NCBI RefSeq assembly: GCF_001194135.2
Contig: NC_068982.1
Location: 1,158,056 to 1,222,055 of the forward strand
Reading direction: 5' to 3'
DNA from: Octopus bimaculoides
Lineage: Eukaryota
DNA length: 64,000 nt
Shown one piece after another: positions 50,929 through 64,000 of the stretch. The notes under the pieces were generated by a model. It ran no database searches and had not been told where the DNA came from. It worked only from the letters and a program-made list of their open reading frames with translations. Every line of letters starts with the position of its first letter. The first letter of the stretch is position 1. The position numbers were made by a program, and so were the translations under genes.

Positions 50929-51187
50929 ACGACATTTAGTATAATGGGTAAAAATGTTGCGTTTGATGATATTTGATCCCTGAGTATTGAATCAGTAGTC
51001 GCCTTTGGTATTTCAAAGGAAACGTTAAGTTTTATTTAAGCAGAAAAACGTGTAAATCTTAAGGAAAATTTTGCGGCTTATACTAATATTAAGTTCTAAC
51101 ACCAAGTTATTAGTATCGCTGTGACAAAGCGAAATCGTAATATGTGTATACATATGTGCAATGGGCTTCTTTTAGTTTCCGTCTACC

Positions 51188-51280
<93 letters not shown>

Positions 51281-51717
51281 GCACGCGTCCATATATAATG
51301 TCACTAATGTGCGAAAATAAATTTGATTTCTTGCAGACATTTGAGGATTCGCAGTCGTGTTGTGCAAATAACACCTCTGATTGCTAAGATGAATTAAACT
51401 GACTTAATTTTCATTTTAAAGTACATCTCACCAGCAATTAAGCGCTATACTTTAGAATTTCGCCGTTACTATGTGGTCTCAGTGTATGTTAGGAAGCCGA
51501 CGACAGAAACAGTGAAATGCTACGTGATTTGAAGATATATTGTTGTAGCTTTTACATTTCAATTGCCAAACACTTAACAAGTAGCAAAAATAACACCACC
51601 GAACATTTTATCTTCCTTATACAATTTGTCCTGTTTTTCAATTAAAGTAATTACGGTTTCACTAACATTTAAAGAATTTAAGCGTCTCTCTATCATGTCT
51701 AAATGAGTGTATCATGT

Positions 51718-51916
51718 TGGTTTCAAAGTTTGCAGAAGGCCAGCAATTTCGGGGGAGAGGCTAACTCGACCTCAGTATTCAGCTGGTACTTATTCTATCG
51801 ACCCCGAAAGGATGAAAAGTAAAGTCAACGTTGGTGGAATTTGAACTCAAAACGTGAAAACGGATGAAATATCGATAAGTATTTTTCCCGGCGTGCTAAC
51901 GGTTCTGCCAGGTCGC
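51718..51916 (-). mobile_element. SINE family A (old-type tail)
   Basis: Reverse-complement homology to family A. Confidence 0.8.
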
Positions 51917-51995
51917 TACTGTATATAAGAGTATCATATTGACAGTGATCGAACTATATTATCTGACAGATTTCAAACTACCACAGATCTTCGGC

Positions 51996-52420
51996 TCATT
52001 TTTGCTGTTGCTTCTGTTGATATTGTGTAAAGTTTGGTCCTTGTGTTGGAATGTTTTGAAATATGTTATAGAGCACTGTTTTTTCTTGTGGATTGTGGGT
52101 GGAAATATAAGGTAGCTTTTTAATTCTGATGTATCCCTTTGCTTTGTTTGTCTTATTTTCTGGATATGATATTAAATGTATTGCAACGTTTTGTATTCCA
52201 TAACCGATAAAGGATGGCGGGTAATCCATGTCGAGGAGTGTATCCTTCAGTTCTTGAAGTTGTATTTCACGAATATTTTCATAGGATACAATTGTGAAGA
52301 TCCTTTTGGTTAGGTTATTATATATCTCTGATGACACAAATTGAAAACCAGATATCGGTTGGAGTCCAAAGCTTTATATTATATGTCTATTTCTACTGCC
52401 GCCACACTATACAAAAGAAC
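51996..52420 (-). mobile_element. Penelope-like RT C-terminal fragment
   Basis: Decayed DI*YKS..DSNRYL-type motif, then LQELKDTLLDMDYPPSFI and LPYISTHNP. Confidence 0.7.
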
Positions 52421-52789
52421 AAACAGTTACTAAAACTCTAACTACTGTTACAGGCAACTACCAACATGTTTAAAGAAAAATATATGAACTTCCAAAAATG
52501 CTATCATGAAACATCAATCTAATTTAACTTAACTTATTATCCTTTAATAAATTTAGCATGATTAGATCAGGTAAAACAATTGGAGCCGGTAACATATTCT
52601 TGCTTGCATTCATGAAGTTCTCAAAGTATTTGCCTCTTTTTAATATAAATTTATTCGTGTGATATCTCGCCTTCACCCATGCATGATCCGTTGACCGTAC
52701 TTCTGCTCTCTCTCTCTCTTTCTCTCCCAATATCCCCACCCTCATTCGCCTCCCTTCCTCCTTCATCCATCACCCCTCCAATCCGATCC

Positions 52790-53600
52790 CCCCAACTCCC
52801 ACATCTTCTTCAACTCATTCCTTTCCTCTTTCAAACGCACCCTTAATCTATGTGACCTGGTTCATAGGCACTCAACCTTTCTCTTTCCCTTGCTCCCGCC
52901 CATTCTGTCGTGCCTGTCCCTACCTCTCCAACACCACTATCTTCACTGGCACCGACCACCGCCCCTACCACATCACCGATTCATTCACCTGCATCTCCAG
53001 CAATGTCATCTACTGTATACCCTGCTCTCTCTTTCCTTCCCTATACATTGGTCAAACGGGACACCGCTTAGCTGACCGGTTCGCTGAACATCTCCGAGAC
53101 ATCAGACTCGGAAATGGCACCCCTGTCTCTCGCGCTTTTCGCTCAACTAGTCGTTCATTACAACGTCTCTCTCTTTCTCTCTGTTCGGACTATCCTTGCA
53201 CAGAGTCCACCCGGACTCAACCGAGAACAGGAATTGATTTTCTCGCTTCATTTCTTTGCTCCTAGTGGTCTAAATTCGTCACCTATCTTCATCTAAAAAC
53301 AACCCTACATACATACCTCTCACCTTCCACTGCTTCCATTCCTGTACACCGTCCGCTCCATCCCCATTCTTGTACACTGCCTAACTCAGCGCCATCACCA
53401 CATACACCTTTATGTAAACACGCACACACACACCCTTTACCTCAGTACTCACACCACATACCATTATGTACACACCCAAACACGCACATGCACACACACA
53501 CACATACCCCTCCCATTCCACACACAGTAGCACCCAACAACTCCTAACGCCTAACTTTCGTCACCTCATCCCAGCTCGCATTTCCTTCCACAACATACAT
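52790..53600 (+). mobile_element. Penelope-like GIY-YIG endonuclease fragment plus CA-rich 3' region
   Basis: CSRPFCRACPY..FTCISSNVIYCIPC..LYIGQTGHRLADRFAEH shows the PLE zinc-finger linker and the GIY-YIG motif. Confidence 0.9.
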
Positions 53601-54512
53601 ATATTCCGGATAATATTATAAATATGTATGTATGGTTTTAGATGTAGAGAAGTGACGAATTTATACTACAACCATTTTTACTGCCATTAACATACAAACT
53701 CAAACCACCACTACTATTGCAACTACAACCATATCTACCACTAATGCCACCGACACTAGCATCAAAACGATACACTAATACAAATATCAGTATCACTAAA
53801 GAAGAGGACGTGTGATGGCTGTCACTATTTGAAGTAGTGGTAGTCGTGATGCTTCACTCCTCTCTTATCTGCATTCCCTCACACTGTCTTTTTCTCTTTT
53901 ACTCCTAACCAAGACATGTATACGAAGCAACGTGTGAATGTGGTTTCTTTAGATCTCGCATACTTATCGACAACTGCCTCTTTCTCTCAACGTCTCTCTT
54001 TGTCTATTTCACTCCTGTTCTGTCTGTCTTCCCATCTTTTGAATATTTTTATATCCGTCCATTCGTGATCGTCATTCACTCTTTACTGCCCCTTCTCTCT
54101 CTTCCCCCTTTCTTCCTTCTTTCTTCCTATATTTTCCTACTCGTCTATTTCTTTTCCCTCGCCTTCTCCGTTTTGTCTCCTCCGCTGCCAGCTTATTCTG
54201 ATTCTGACACAGCAATGTGACTGCACATTATAGATTTGAATTTGGGAGGAAACATCCACAGCTTTTTTTGCAAATTTGTATAGAAACTATTGATTTTATT
54301 TTATTTCGCACATAAGCCTAAGTTTTGAATATTTGTGTTTGTATATGTGTGTGCTTGCTTGCATCATTGGTTCTGAATAATATCATCAAAGATCAAAATC
54401 TTCAAGTCAACAGGTTGCATCATATTTGCACAGATCGTAATTAAAATCCACAAAATAAAATTTAAAACAACGCTTTTGGAAAGGAAATTCAATAATATTA
54501 GATACAAATAGC

Positions 54513-54724
54513 AAGGCGGATAGTTGGCAGAAACGTTAGCACGCCGGGCAAAATGCTTAGCAGCATATCGTCAGTCTTTACGTTATGAGTTCAAATTCCG
54601 CCGAGGTCAACTTTGCCTTTCATCCATCAGGGTCAATAAAATAAATATCAGTTGAGAATTGGGGTCGATGCAATCGATTTACCCTCTCTCCCAAATTGCT
54701 GGCCTTGTTCCAAGATTTGAAACC
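54513..54724 (+). mobile_element. SINE family A (old-type tail)
   Basis: Full-length homology to family A. Confidence 0.88.
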
Positions 54725-54843
54725 ATTATTAGATACAGATAGTATAGCCATTTCTTACATATTATCATAGGGAGATGAAACGGGGAAAGCTATTGAATGA
54801 GATTTTATTATTTCAAAGAGAAGCAATGTGAACAATCCTTTTT

Positions 54844-55008
54844 ACGATAGGTACAAGGTCTGAAATTTCTGGGAGAGAGATAGTCGATGACATCGACTCC
54901 GAAAGGATGAAAGACCAAGTCGACCTCGGCAGAATTTCAACTCAGAACGTAAAGACGGACGCTAAGCATTTTGCTCGGCGTTCTAACGATTCTGCCAGCT
55001 AGCCGCCT
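54844..55008 (-). mobile_element. SINE family A with internal deletions
   Basis: Reverse-complement homology to family A. Confidence 0.85.
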
Positions 55009-55172
55009 CAAAGCAATGTGAATAATAATTAGCATCGTCTCTTGGTTGAGTTAAGACAAAAGACAAATATCTAAATTTTGTTGCGTTTACGAAATACATT
55101 TGGTAATACACGAAAAATACAAAAAGAAGATATGTTTCTTATGAATGGGACAACGTACAAACTACCCCTATT

Positions 55173-55367
55173 CTTCTATTCTTTTACCTGTTTCAGTCAT
55201 TTGACTGCGGCCATGCTGGAGCAACGCCTTTAGTCGAACAAATCGACCCCAGGAATCATTCTTTGCAAGCCTAGTAATTATTCTATCGGTCTCTTTTGCC
55301 GAACTGCTAGATTACGGGAACGCAAACACACCAACATCGGTTGGTGGAGGGAGAAACACAGACACAA
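55173..55367 (-). mobile_element. SINE family BC, C domain and tail
   Basis: gactgcggccatgctggagcaacgcctttagtcga..tattctatcggtctcttttgccgaac. Confidence 0.85.
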
Positions 55368-55398
<31 letters not shown>

Positions 55399-56331
55399 GC
55401 AATCTCTCTATATATACATATATAGAGATTGCTCGTCCTGTTAATTGTATTTGTGTAACATTCTCCTCTTTTTCTGTCCTTGTTTTTGTTTACATTCGCN
55501 NNNNNNNNNNNNNNNNNNNNNNNNNNNNNNNNNNNNNNNNNNNNNNNNNNNNNNNNNNNNNNNNNNNNNNNNNNNNNNNNNNNNNNNNNNNNNNNNNNNN
55601 NNNNNNNNNNNNNNNNNNNNNNNNNNNNNNNNNNNNNNNNNNNNNNNNNNNNNNNNNNNNNNNNNNNNNNNNNNNNNNNNNNNNNNNNNNNNNNNNNNNN
55701 NNNNNNNNNNNNNNNNNNNNNNNNNNNNNNNNNNNNNNNNNNNNNNNNNNNNNNNNNNNNNNNNNNNNNNNNNNNNNNNNNNNNNNNNNNNNNNNNNNNN
55801 NNNNNNNNNNNNNNNNNNNNNNNNNNNNNNNNNNNNNNNNNNNNNNNNNNNNNNNNNNNNNNNNNNNNNNNNNNNNNNNNNNNNNNNNNNNNNNNNNNNN
55901 NNNNNNNNNNNNNNNNNNNNNNNNNNNNNNNNNNNNNNNNNNNNNNNNNNNNNNNNNNNNNNNNNNNNNNNNNNNNNNNNNNNNNNNNNNNNNNNNNNNN
56001 NNNNNNNNNNNNNNNNNNNNNNNNNNNNNNNNNNNNNNNNNNNNNNNNNNNNNNNNNNNNNNNNNNNNNNNNNNNNNNNNNNNNNNNNNNNNNNNNNNNN
56101 NNNNNNNNNNNNNNNNNNNNNNNNNNNNNNNNNNNNNNNNNNNNNNNNNNNNNNNNNNNNNNNNNNNNNNNNNNNNNNNNNNNNNNNNNNNNNNNNNNNN
56201 NNNNNNNNNNNNNNNNNNNNNNNNNNNNNNNNNNNNNNNNNNNNNNNNNNNNNNNNNNNNNNNNNNNNNNNNNNNNNNNNNNNNNNNNNNNNNNNNNNNN
56301 NNNNNNNNNNNNNNNNNNNNNNNNNNNNNNN

Positions 56332-57555
56332 ACATACCTATTTGGGAGTCTTTGCTGCATTTTTTACTAACTCTGTATAATCTTTGTTTCAGATAATAAT
56401 AATGGCAGACTCTCAGCTTACTCCATAAATGTAGAGGCATGCTGTTATTGTGGTTATAAAGGCTGAGCATAGTGATTTAGAAATATCTCGGTTTTTAAAA
56501 GTTGCCAGATCTTTCATCTACGAAGTTTGTAAGGAGAGACTGAATATGGAAACGTAGCATCAGTATCAAAGCATAAAAAGCATTCTAAACGCTCTGAAAT
56601 CATCAGAACACTTGGATTTATTCAGCAAGCTGAACAGACCATGGATTACAATCCCAGGAAGTCCATGAGGTCAATTGCAAAAGATCTCTGTGTATCAGAA
56701 GGAACAGTCAGAAATGTTGTCAACGAAGACTTCAGATATAAGTCTTATATGATAAGGAAAGGTCAATTTGTCCGAAAAAGCAAACGAAAATCACTACATC
56801 AGATCTAAAAGGTTCTTAAACAAACTGAAAAATCAAGCAGAAATTTGATTTGGTTTTTCTCAAACGAGGAAAACTTTGACCAAGATCAAAAAGTTATCAG
56901 AAGAAATGACAGATGGTTATGTGCAGACCCTTCTGAAGTTCCAAATGTTATACATACACAATTTTCCTGAAGCTGCCATGGTTTTAGGGGTTATCAGCAA
57001 TGAAGGACATGTGATGCCTCCTTACTTCTTTCCACAAGGCCTTAGATTTAATTCTGCAGCCTACATTGAGGTACTGGAAACAATAGCTAAGCCCTGGATA
57101 GACAATGTGTGTAACGGAAGGCCATCTGTGTTTCAGTAAGACTCTGCACTATCAGACATGGCTCTAATAACACAGGAATGGATGGCTGAAAATTTTCATG
57201 ATCACATAACCCCTAACATTTGACCACCTAACTCCCCAGATCTTAATCTATTGGACTATTACATGTGGGTCGTTGTTGAGAGAGAGGTCAGTGAACAGGC
57301 CCATAACACCAAAGAATCTATGAAAGTTGCCATAGTCAGAGTAATGTCCAAAGTGAACCAGGACCACTTGATTCGAGCATGTAAATGATTTAGATCTCAT
57401 ATGGAAGCAGTTGTTGAAGCTGAAGGTGGCTTTACTGAATAACATTATTGAAAAGAAGGTTTATTTTTATCCTCATAGCATTTTTTGATAAAGTTATCTG
57501 TTATTATATATGTTTTTTTTTATTATTATAAACATAAATCTATCTACGCACCCTG
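56332..57555 (+). mobile_element. DD37D (maT/Bmmar1-type) Tc1/mariner element, decayed transposase 56402-57442
   Basis: Reads Q*DSA..(37 aa)..PPNSPDLNLLDY, plus VMVLG-like MVLGVISNEGHVMPP. The 3' end is CACCCTG followed by TA (57556-57557). The 5' end is lost in the gap. Confidence 0.9.
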
Positions 57556-59174
57556 TAGATAGATGGATGGATAAGTTTCTTTATTAGCCACTCAGCGCCG
57601 AACACAGAGGGGACAAAATACAATGTAGAGCTTTTTATTTCGGAAAGAAAAGGAGAAAAATAAAATTCCGATCAAAAGGGATCGTGAGAAAAAAAATAGA
57701 TAGATAGATAGATTTGTGCTTCGGTAAATACCGTGCTTACATTGTATATTGTATACTAAGATGCTTTAATTACGACTTCTAATATCGATATATGTATTAT
57801 ATAGTCACTCTCCGCGTACTCAAAACAAAGCGGTAGCAATGGGTCAGTTTAATTCAAGCTATTCAGTTCAAACATTCTAATCCTGTGGAATAAACCCTGT
57901 ACGAAAAGATTTCTACAAAAAGTAAAAGGCATTTATAATTCTTTTCTAACTCACACATCTTTCTCACTACAACAAAGAACAAGAAGCTCCCTCTAAATCC
58001 TTGACTAAGTACCAGACCTCAAATTTCTTCAAAATCATTTTTATGAATGCCTAAATCTGACATTAAGAACTTTAAAAGATTCAAAAGTATAGCAGTCTTC
58101 CCTAAGTGACCAGATATCTTTACGAGATCGTCAATACTTTACGAGATCGTCAATACTTTACGCATGCAACTTCTCAATAACATTAACGAAAATATAAAGA
58201 AATTATTACAGTTCTCAATTTTGAAGTCTTAAAAGAAATACGTGGCACTGTAGCTAATTAGTATATGGATTAAGTACATCGAGGATTAATGTATAAATAT
58301 TTAAAATGAACTAAATGAAAAAAGCAAAAATAGTGACTGACTGCCTCTCGATAGCCGTTGTATTGGATTATGTCTAGAGTTTTAGTTTAACTCAATAAAG
58401 AAATATATTTCCTGTTTTGTTAAATTATCAATTCTCAAAGGTTAAGAAAATTTAAGATTAGCAGACGTTATCTAGGATATATATATATATATATATATAA
58501 TGTATACGTATCTGTGTGCTTGGGCGAGTGTGTACCTTGCACCCGAATCTGACTGACTCTCTTGTAGTTTGATTTTCTAATTTTATATCTTTTAGCAGCA
58601 TTAGTCTCTCTAAAGTATTTTGGGATTATGGATTAAGTTACTATTTCTTTTATATTGCTGTTGAATGAATCGAAGCCTACGATGTTAAGCCTACCGGATT
58701 GTTTTTTTTTGTTTTTGATTTTCTAAATCAGATCTGCTACTTGTTATTTAGTGATATGATAAATTTTGAAATATAAGGTGATAATATATAAGAAAAAAGT
58801 GATAAGACGTAAGGTTGCAGCCGATTAAAAGATGCCTTAACCACACATTGTGTTTCAAATTGATATTTAAAATATCGGCAACTATGAACCACATAAATGT
58901 GAGAACGTTCAAAAGAAAAAAAAAATATGGTGAAGGAGCTAACAATCCGTCTAGCATAACACAAATTGGATGTAACAAAAACCGCTCGAAACATTAACGT
59001 TTTTCTCCTTTTGGGACTAATTGTTTCTGTTGGCAAAAGTAACCATGCTTCCAAAAGAATTAATGTCTTAACCAATAGGTAACAATTTTAGTTAAGTAAA
59101 ATAGTAAACAATCGCCTATATGAAAAATATTTCTGATACATCCAAAACGTCAAAAACATCTGATGATACATTTT

Positions 59175-59267
<93 letters not shown>

Positions 59268-59611
59268 AATACAAATATTCTATGGAGCGTTACGTAGCTT
59301 TCCTAGAATGCTGATTTCTAAATCTAGACAAGCAAATCATTTCTTTTGCATATTGACTGATATATAAATAATCTCGCTGACATATCAGGTGTAGTTTAGC
59401 TACAACAAAACACATTAGTACAACATAAGATACAGCATTTTCATCTGTGTCCGGCGAAAAGTTATTTCTTTCATTTTCAGCTGCTCACTAAACAAGAAAT
59501 ATAAGTGCAGTATTAGTTTCTATCATATGCTACCAAGACGTCTCTTAAAGAATTATGCGATCTAAAGATATTATAAAAGGAAGACAGGATTGACGTACAA
59601 ATAATAAAATT

Positions 59612-59705
59612 ATGCGAGATATGTTTGTGTGGCTAAGAAGTTATTTTCATAGCTATGTGGTCCAGGTTCGATTCCTTTGCATGGTACCTCAGGCAAGTAA
59701 TTTCT
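59612..59705 (+). mobile_element. Very diverged SINE BC head
   Basis: tgtgtggctaagaag..ggttcgattcc..ggtacctcaggcaagt. Confidence 0.5.
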
Positions 59706-59767
59706 GTCGTTCATTGCGCGGAAACCAGTCATACACGTGTGTGCGCACAAATATGTATGTACGTAGC

Positions 59768-59804
<37 letters not shown>

Positions 59805-61670
59805 ACTGTATATGTATTAATTACTCTTGATTTGCTGCATGTATTTATACTTAGTGTACCAATTTTTGCTACAAACCTACAGCTGTAGACGATATTGGCA
59901 TACGGAGCACATCACTATATTTTAAATCTGATTCTGTCGGACAGGACTCTAAACAATGTTGGTCATAAAAGTATTTGAATTGAAAACGTCAAAATGGGGG
60001 ATCCTAAGTCTTGAAAGGATTTTATTCTACTTCCCTTAAGTTTTAATCTTTTCAGCACCTTGTGAAAACTCAGTAAGAATGGATAAATACATAACAGCAT
60101 GACTTCAAGAAGTTGAGAGTATTGTATGCGTGCTACTATTTATAGCGTTTCCATAGCAAAATAAATGAAGCAGCGAAGGCTTCAATTCTCAAGTATTGCA
60201 ACTTGATTTTAGCCTGATGCTCACTTTGATGCTCACCAGGTAAATGCGATTAATGAATTAGAGCACATGATAAATTTTGTCTGCATTGATATCAAGCATC
60301 TGATTGCAATAACCTATTAAAATGTGTGATTTGTTGCACTGATCTAACTTGTAATTTATAACGTCCTAATGCCTTCCCTTATGCGTTAACAGGGCCGAGA
60401 AAACGATATTTCGTGCCTTGGATTTTTGTAAGGTTTATGTTGAAGTATCTATTTCTGTAAGTAAAAATAATCTTCGTTATTTTTGAATTAATTGATTTTT
60501 TTTCTCTCGCCCCTCTTTTTTTCCTATCACTTTCTTCTTCGTCTCTTAAAACATGATCTTCATTTTTAATGCCTGAATTCGAAAGTCTAAGCGTGTTATT
60601 GACAGATGGGACAAAATATGAAAGACTTCCACAGAGGTATTCTTACCATAAAATTGACGTTACAGTACATGAAATCAGATAAATTCGATGCTTTTGTGAA
60701 CTAGAAAGAAAACAAACATGTAATGAAAAAATTATGTTCCGTTAAAGTTTTGATTTATAATACAGCTTTATACTCCGTGGAAATAGATGGACGTGCCAGG
60801 CATAACTTTTTTTTTTTTTATCCAACTGGAGAATACTTTCTATGCATGTTTTTCTTCCCCCTTATGAACTTCAATAAAGTTCATTTTGCATCCATTTCCT
60901 TTCATGGTAATTTGTATTTGTCAAAGAAAGTCTTCACAAATGGTATTATAAAAAGTAAAAGAAATCTTCTCTAAATGCTATGTCTAGACTTGCTGAAATT
61001 GGATGTAAGCTTAAACTGATATTCTAGCAAGAGATGCAGGAAAGATTCTGCTTCATAATGGCACCATTGCTTTATTAGAGAAGTCTGCATTAGATTTGCT
61101 TTGATATGTTGATAACCTTCTGGTCAATACTACCGCAATAAACAAAGACTGTTCGCATGTTATTGCTGCTCGAGTCGTTATATATTATCAGGACTGCTGC
61201 TGTAAGTTGGCTCACTTAAAATGATTACTCAATTTCACAAATCAATCTGGATACAGATTTTAATCTTAACAGTGTGAATATTTCAATACAAACATTTCGC
61301 TTCATACTACTAACCTAACAAATTTAACACTAAACTACACATGGAACATTCTACCGACGCCACTAGCGTTGCTGACATCACTAACATGAACACATTTGAT
61401 ATTGATTCACTAGTCTATTTAATCTACTTAGCCAAACTTTCTACAAATACGTCACTATCTAAAGTTGTTTATTATCGTCCATGTATTTTTTAATACATTC
61501 TTATATATTCGTTAAAAGAAGCTAAGAAGCCTCAGTAGAAAAGAGGAAAATATATGCCCTGCGCGAGGAATCAAAAGACGCGGTGGTTGCGGCTAGAACG
61601 CCTTTGATGATAGCTTGTGTTAAATTCCACATTATTTAGGTAGGAAGTAAGCCGGAAGTAAGCCGGAAGT

Positions 61671-61885
61671 AAGGCGGCGAGCTAGCAGAATCGTTAGCAC
61701 GCCGGACGAAATGCCGAGCGGTATTTCGCCCGTCGCTACGTTCTGAGTTCAAATTCCGCCGAGGTCGACTTTGCCTTTCATCCTGTCGGAGTCGATAAAT
61801 AAAAAAACCAGTTAATTACTGAGGTCGACGTAATCGACTATCCCGCTCCACACAAATTCCAGGCCTTGTGCTTATAGTAGAAAGG
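61671..61885 (+). mobile_element. SINE family A (young) with TSD
   Basis: 18-bp TSD with one mismatch: ATTATTTAGGTAGGAAGT (61631-61648) and ATTATTTAGGTCGGAAGT (61886-61903). Confidence 0.92.
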
Positions 61886-62785
61886 ATTATTTAGGTCGGA
61901 AGTTTATATAAGAATTTTGTATTTTCAATCATAGATATGTATTCTTTTGCAATGTATCGAAATGTTAATGCTTTAGCTTCTTATAATCATGGAACAATCG
62001 AAGTGTCGTTTGCAAATGAAGTAGAATCTTCTTAACGATCCTTATAATCATATCAGACGTTAACAGGAAGTGATCTTAAAAGTTTGCAATTTTTAATTTA
62101 AAACTCACGGTTGAGGCTTCTTTTGCTCTGTGTGTTTTGTGCATAGATATGTGCATTTGTATCACGAAAATTTAAGAATGGGATTAACATTGATGGGATG
62201 TGCTTAAACTCTCTTAGATTTCTAAAGATTAATCACGTCACATTTTGAAGGTTAAGCATTTGCGGTAGGAGAGCAGGAGGTACGTACAAATATGTATTGA
62301 ATAATGGCGTAGGAAAGCGTTTAGATTTCTTGGGTGCAGCTGGAAATGTTGAGTTGTCTTATATTTACGGACGATTATGTTTAAATATAATTAGTGTTCT
62401 ACTTTCCGTTATGGTTTTTGTAGCTAAAGCAATAAATGCCATCCGCCAAACGCAATTATAATAGAGCTGTTATAATTAGTTCGAAGACCATCTATAATTG
62501 ATGAGCAAAAATAATTGCCCAGCGAATCAGAACATTATTTTCGAAATCTCTGAGGCAAAGAACGTTTGTGGACAACTGATTACAAATCTACAGATAATAT
62601 TTCTACATCCGCACTAAATATCTAAGTGTTGATCTTCAGAATTAGGGAGTGGATTAGTTGATAAGCACAATGTATATTCAATTATGTGAGCGGTTGTTTA
62701 ACTGTTATTATGTAAACTCCAACGATGAAGGTGTTTTTTAATGTTACAAAACAATTCGGAATATTAAAAAGAAGTTTTAATTTTA

Positions 62786-63272
62786 AATAGAAATTATATA
62801 AATATACATGTTTAGTTGCATGTAAAAGTGCTTACATAGTTGGATATAGTGTGTGTGTGAGTTTAGAGGAATATATTATCCGGGTAGATACCATGGTGGC
62901 TCCTGGTTACGTTCCATAATAATTAAACACACACACACAGTAATTATAATGATAGAGAATATGGTGACTGGCGCATCCTCAAAATTTATTTCGTCTTATT
63001 TTACAATGTCACGCAGCATATTTGTACGGTTCCGGCGACCTACACGTGTTTCCACGGAATTACCTATCGGAGGACTTAACAGCGTGAGTGACAACTTCTT
63101 GTAGTCATTGACGTTAAACACTAATTGATGTGGTTAGCCATAACCTGGAACGTAACTAGGAGCCACCATGCTATCCACCCGGATAATATATTCCTCTAAA
63201 CTCACACACACACTATATCCAACTATGTAAGCACTTTTACAGGCAACTAAACATGTAGATTTATATAATTTC

Positions 63273-63276
<4 letters not shown>
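62786..63276. repeat. 131-bp inverted repeat with 229-bp spacer (foldback/MITE-like)
   Basis: 62786-62916 versus the reverse complement of 63146-63276: 5 mismatches, no indels. Confidence 0.93.
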
Positions 63277-63333
<57 letters not shown>

Positions 63334-64000
63334 TCTTCGTAACACAGTGTAGGTAAAAATGCACCGGAGTCTTTAGTCATCTGTCAAGTCACAACAAGGA
63401 CCTCAGACAGATAATACTTCCCTTAAGATGTGCGCTGTGCCCAATAAGGCTGCTTTTGCAAGACGTCAATCTTGCATGGGATTTTCAGTTGCCTTAAGAA
63501 ATCTCGAAGTTTCAATGGGATAGAGCCCAATGCTCCTATCACCACTGGTGTCACTTTTACATTGCCCTCTCGCATTCTATTACAGTCTTGCCATTTCCAC
63601 TTTCAATTCGGATTACTTGGTGATTTTTTCAACCTCTTTACTCACAACATTCAAGTCATTTGATATGGCTACATCAATGATCTGACAGTATTTGTCTCTC
63701 TTATTCAATATGACAATATCCGGCCAACCGTGTTCGATTACACGATCCGTCTGAAAATCATAGTCTAAGAGTATCGTTATGTTTCCATCATCTTGGAAAA
63801 CTTTACGTGGTACATGCTCATACCAGTTCTCTGATACTTCATATTGATATTTACGGCATAAGAGCCAATGAAGATACCCACGCAATTTATCGTGACGGCG
63901 TTTTGTATTCTTTTTGTGCAAGGCTCTCGCATCCACTTACCAAGTGGGTCACATTTCACACACTCTTTCCACAAAGTCTGCGTTTCTGGGTGTCAGAAGA
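63274..64000 (-). mobile_element. R4/Dong-like LINE 3' part (zinc knuckle plus RLE) with (TAA)n tail
   Basis: RLCGKSV*NVTHLVSGCESLAQKEY..RRHDK..WYEHVPRKV..DFQTDRVIEHGWPDIV..IIDVAI; (TTA)n at 63274-63333. Confidence 0.9.

Noticed and set aside
35-56470. Long ORFs (about 130-380 aa) in the ORF track
   Set aside because: They are X-runs over N-gaps plus low-complexity translations of microsatellites (YIYI, SLSL, CVCV, poly-S/F). Only the GPCR exon part of 13819-14955 and the RTE part of 39520-40377 are real.
58118-58162. 19-bp tandem duplication CTTTACGAGATCGTCAATA
   Set aside because: Only about 2.4 copies with no spacers; an ordinary slippage duplication, not CRISPR-like.

Overview
AT-rich, microsatellite-dense animal genomic DNA with 16 N-gaps. 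The repeat content looks like an octopus/cephalopod draft assembly (inference from the repeat families, not checked). The only host gene I can support is the 3' part of a class A neuropeptide GPCR on the + strand, tachykinin/NPY-receptor-like. It has a TM6-TM7 exon (14710-14919) and a terminal helix-8/C-tail exon (34577-34819), joined in phase 0 across a 19,657-bp GT-AG intron. Its upstream exons are not visible. Everything else recognisable is transposon-derived: several tRNA-headed SINE families, Penelope-like elements (PLEs), R4/Dong-like RLE LINEs next to (TAA)n, an RTE LINE with a PHD-like insert, a CR1/L2-group LINE, and mariner and DD37D (maT) transposase relics. The most interesting signals are minimal hammerhead-ribozyme motifs at PLE 3' ends, one lying downstream of a tRNA-like Pol III promoter. 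Also notable are a LINE/SINE shared 3' tail, a 131-bp 96%-identical inverted repeat, and a mariner relic with two 3' ends. Almost all long ORFs in the supplied track are artefacts of N-runs and simple repeats. Repeat boundaries were read by eye and are approximate unless a TSD or TIR is quoted.
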